Position numbers and translations under genes: made by a program. The notes under the pieces were generated by a model, which saw only the letters and a program-made list of their open reading frames with translations, was not told the origin of the DNA and ran no database searches. A DNA stretch of 64,000 bases from Williopsis jadinii. Its lineage: Eukaryota. Of the stretch, positions 63,232-64,000 are shown in pieces; within the stretch, counting starts at the first letter, position 1, and each line of letters starts with the position of its first letter. The stretch is from assembly GCA_024346625.1 (NCBI GenBank), contig AP024666.1, positions 1,674,001 through 1,738,000 of the forward strand, in the 5' to 3' direction.

Positions 63232-64000
63232 ATGAAGTTCCTCACTGGTTTGTCGCTCAAGTCCCTCACCACCCTTCTTGCCGCCGTGTCTGTTGGCCTT
63301 GCCGCCGGCGATGAAGCTGCCATTGCGCCAGCTGATTCCGCCGTTGTGAAGCTCACCGCCGATAAGTTTGCGTCGTTTATCTCTGAGAACCCGTTGGTTC
63401 TTGCTGAGTTCTTTGCGCCATGGTGTGGTCACTGTAAGGCGCTCGGTCCAAACTTTGCCCAGGCTGCTGACGAGTTGGAGCCAAAGAACATCAAGTTGGC
63501 GCAGGTTGACTGTACCGAGAACCAGGATCTGTGTCAAGAGCACGGCATCAGAGGTTACCCAACGTTGAAGGTGTTCAGGGGCAGCGCCTCGGACCCTGCT
63601 GACTACGAGGGCCCAAGAAGCGCTGCCGGTATCGTCAACTACATGATCAAGCAGTCGTTGCCAGCTGTCAGCGTCATTGACGCTGTTGCCGATTTCGACA
63701 AGTTCTTGGAGGAGACCTCGGGCGCCATTGTCGTTGAGACTGGTGTCAAGGACAACGCCACCTTTTCAGAATACGCCAATGCACACAGAGATGATTACTC
63801 GTTTGTTCAAACCACGAACGCCGAGCTCGTCAAGCAATACGGCGAGGATAAGATCCTCGTGTTCATTGAAGGCTCGGATGAACCAGTGGTGTTTGACGAG
63901 GAGTTGACCTTGGAGAACTTGGATGCTTTTGTTGCCCGTGAATCATTCCCATACTTTGGTGAAATTGATGGATCCACCTATCAAAAGTACTCCCAACAGT
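63232..64000 (+). CDS. PDI1: Protein disulfide isomerase (5' part only; runs off the window end)
   Basis: Signal peptide MKFLTGLSLKSLTTLLAAVSVGLA and thioredoxin domain EFFAPWCGHCK...VDCTENQDLC...GYPTLKVF. Open to the window end. Confidence 0.96.
   Translation, partial: MKFLTGLSLKSLTTLLAAVSVGLAAGDEAAIAPADSAVVKLTADKFASFISENPLVLAEFFAPWCGHCKALGPNFAQAADELEPKNIKLAQVDCTENQDLCQEHGIRGYPTLKVFRGSASDPADYEGPRSAAGIVNYMIKQSLPAVSVIDAVADFDKFLEETSGAIVVETGVKDNATFSEYANAHRDDYSFVQTTNAELVKQYGEDKILVFIEGSDEPVVFDEELTLENLDAFVARESFPYFGEIDGSTYQKYSQQ

Noticed and set aside
1..64000. Numerous 60-240 aa ORFs antisense to or overlapping the real genes
   Set aside because: They are shadow frames of long coding sequences, often with non-ATG starts and no motifs.

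Overview
This is a gene-dense 64-kb segment of a budding-yeast (Saccharomycotina) nuclear chromosome that uses the standard genetic code. The left half holds an ALS-like GPI adhesin, a Dal5/Tna1-type MFS transporter, two HIP1-like amino-acid permeases plus a fragment of a third, HSP104, TIF6, STT4, a PSG1-like gene, tRNA-Gln, BPT1, an intron-split ZIP1 and MGP12. The right half is a conserved block: STE50, EMI1, MXR2, GRX2, LSB5, HIS4, BIK1, tRNA-Asp, GRH1, RRP7, SDH7, GID7, WRS1 and a partial PDI1. Two foreign elements interrupt this block. (1) An apparently intact ~5.4-kb Helitron (rolling-circle transposon) sits just downstream of tRNA-Asp. It has a full HUH-Y2 Rep/Pif1 helicase ORF, a predicted spliced AT-hook first exon, Ndt80-type MSE motifs before the ATG, candidate TG...CTTG termini and a GAA/GGA-rich rod-like fold at its 3' end. 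(2) A stop-riddled AT-rich fossil between LSB5 and HIS4 resembles, by eye, the capsid (Gag) of L-A-type totiviruses. Gene names come from my recognition of motifs and gene order; no database searches were run.
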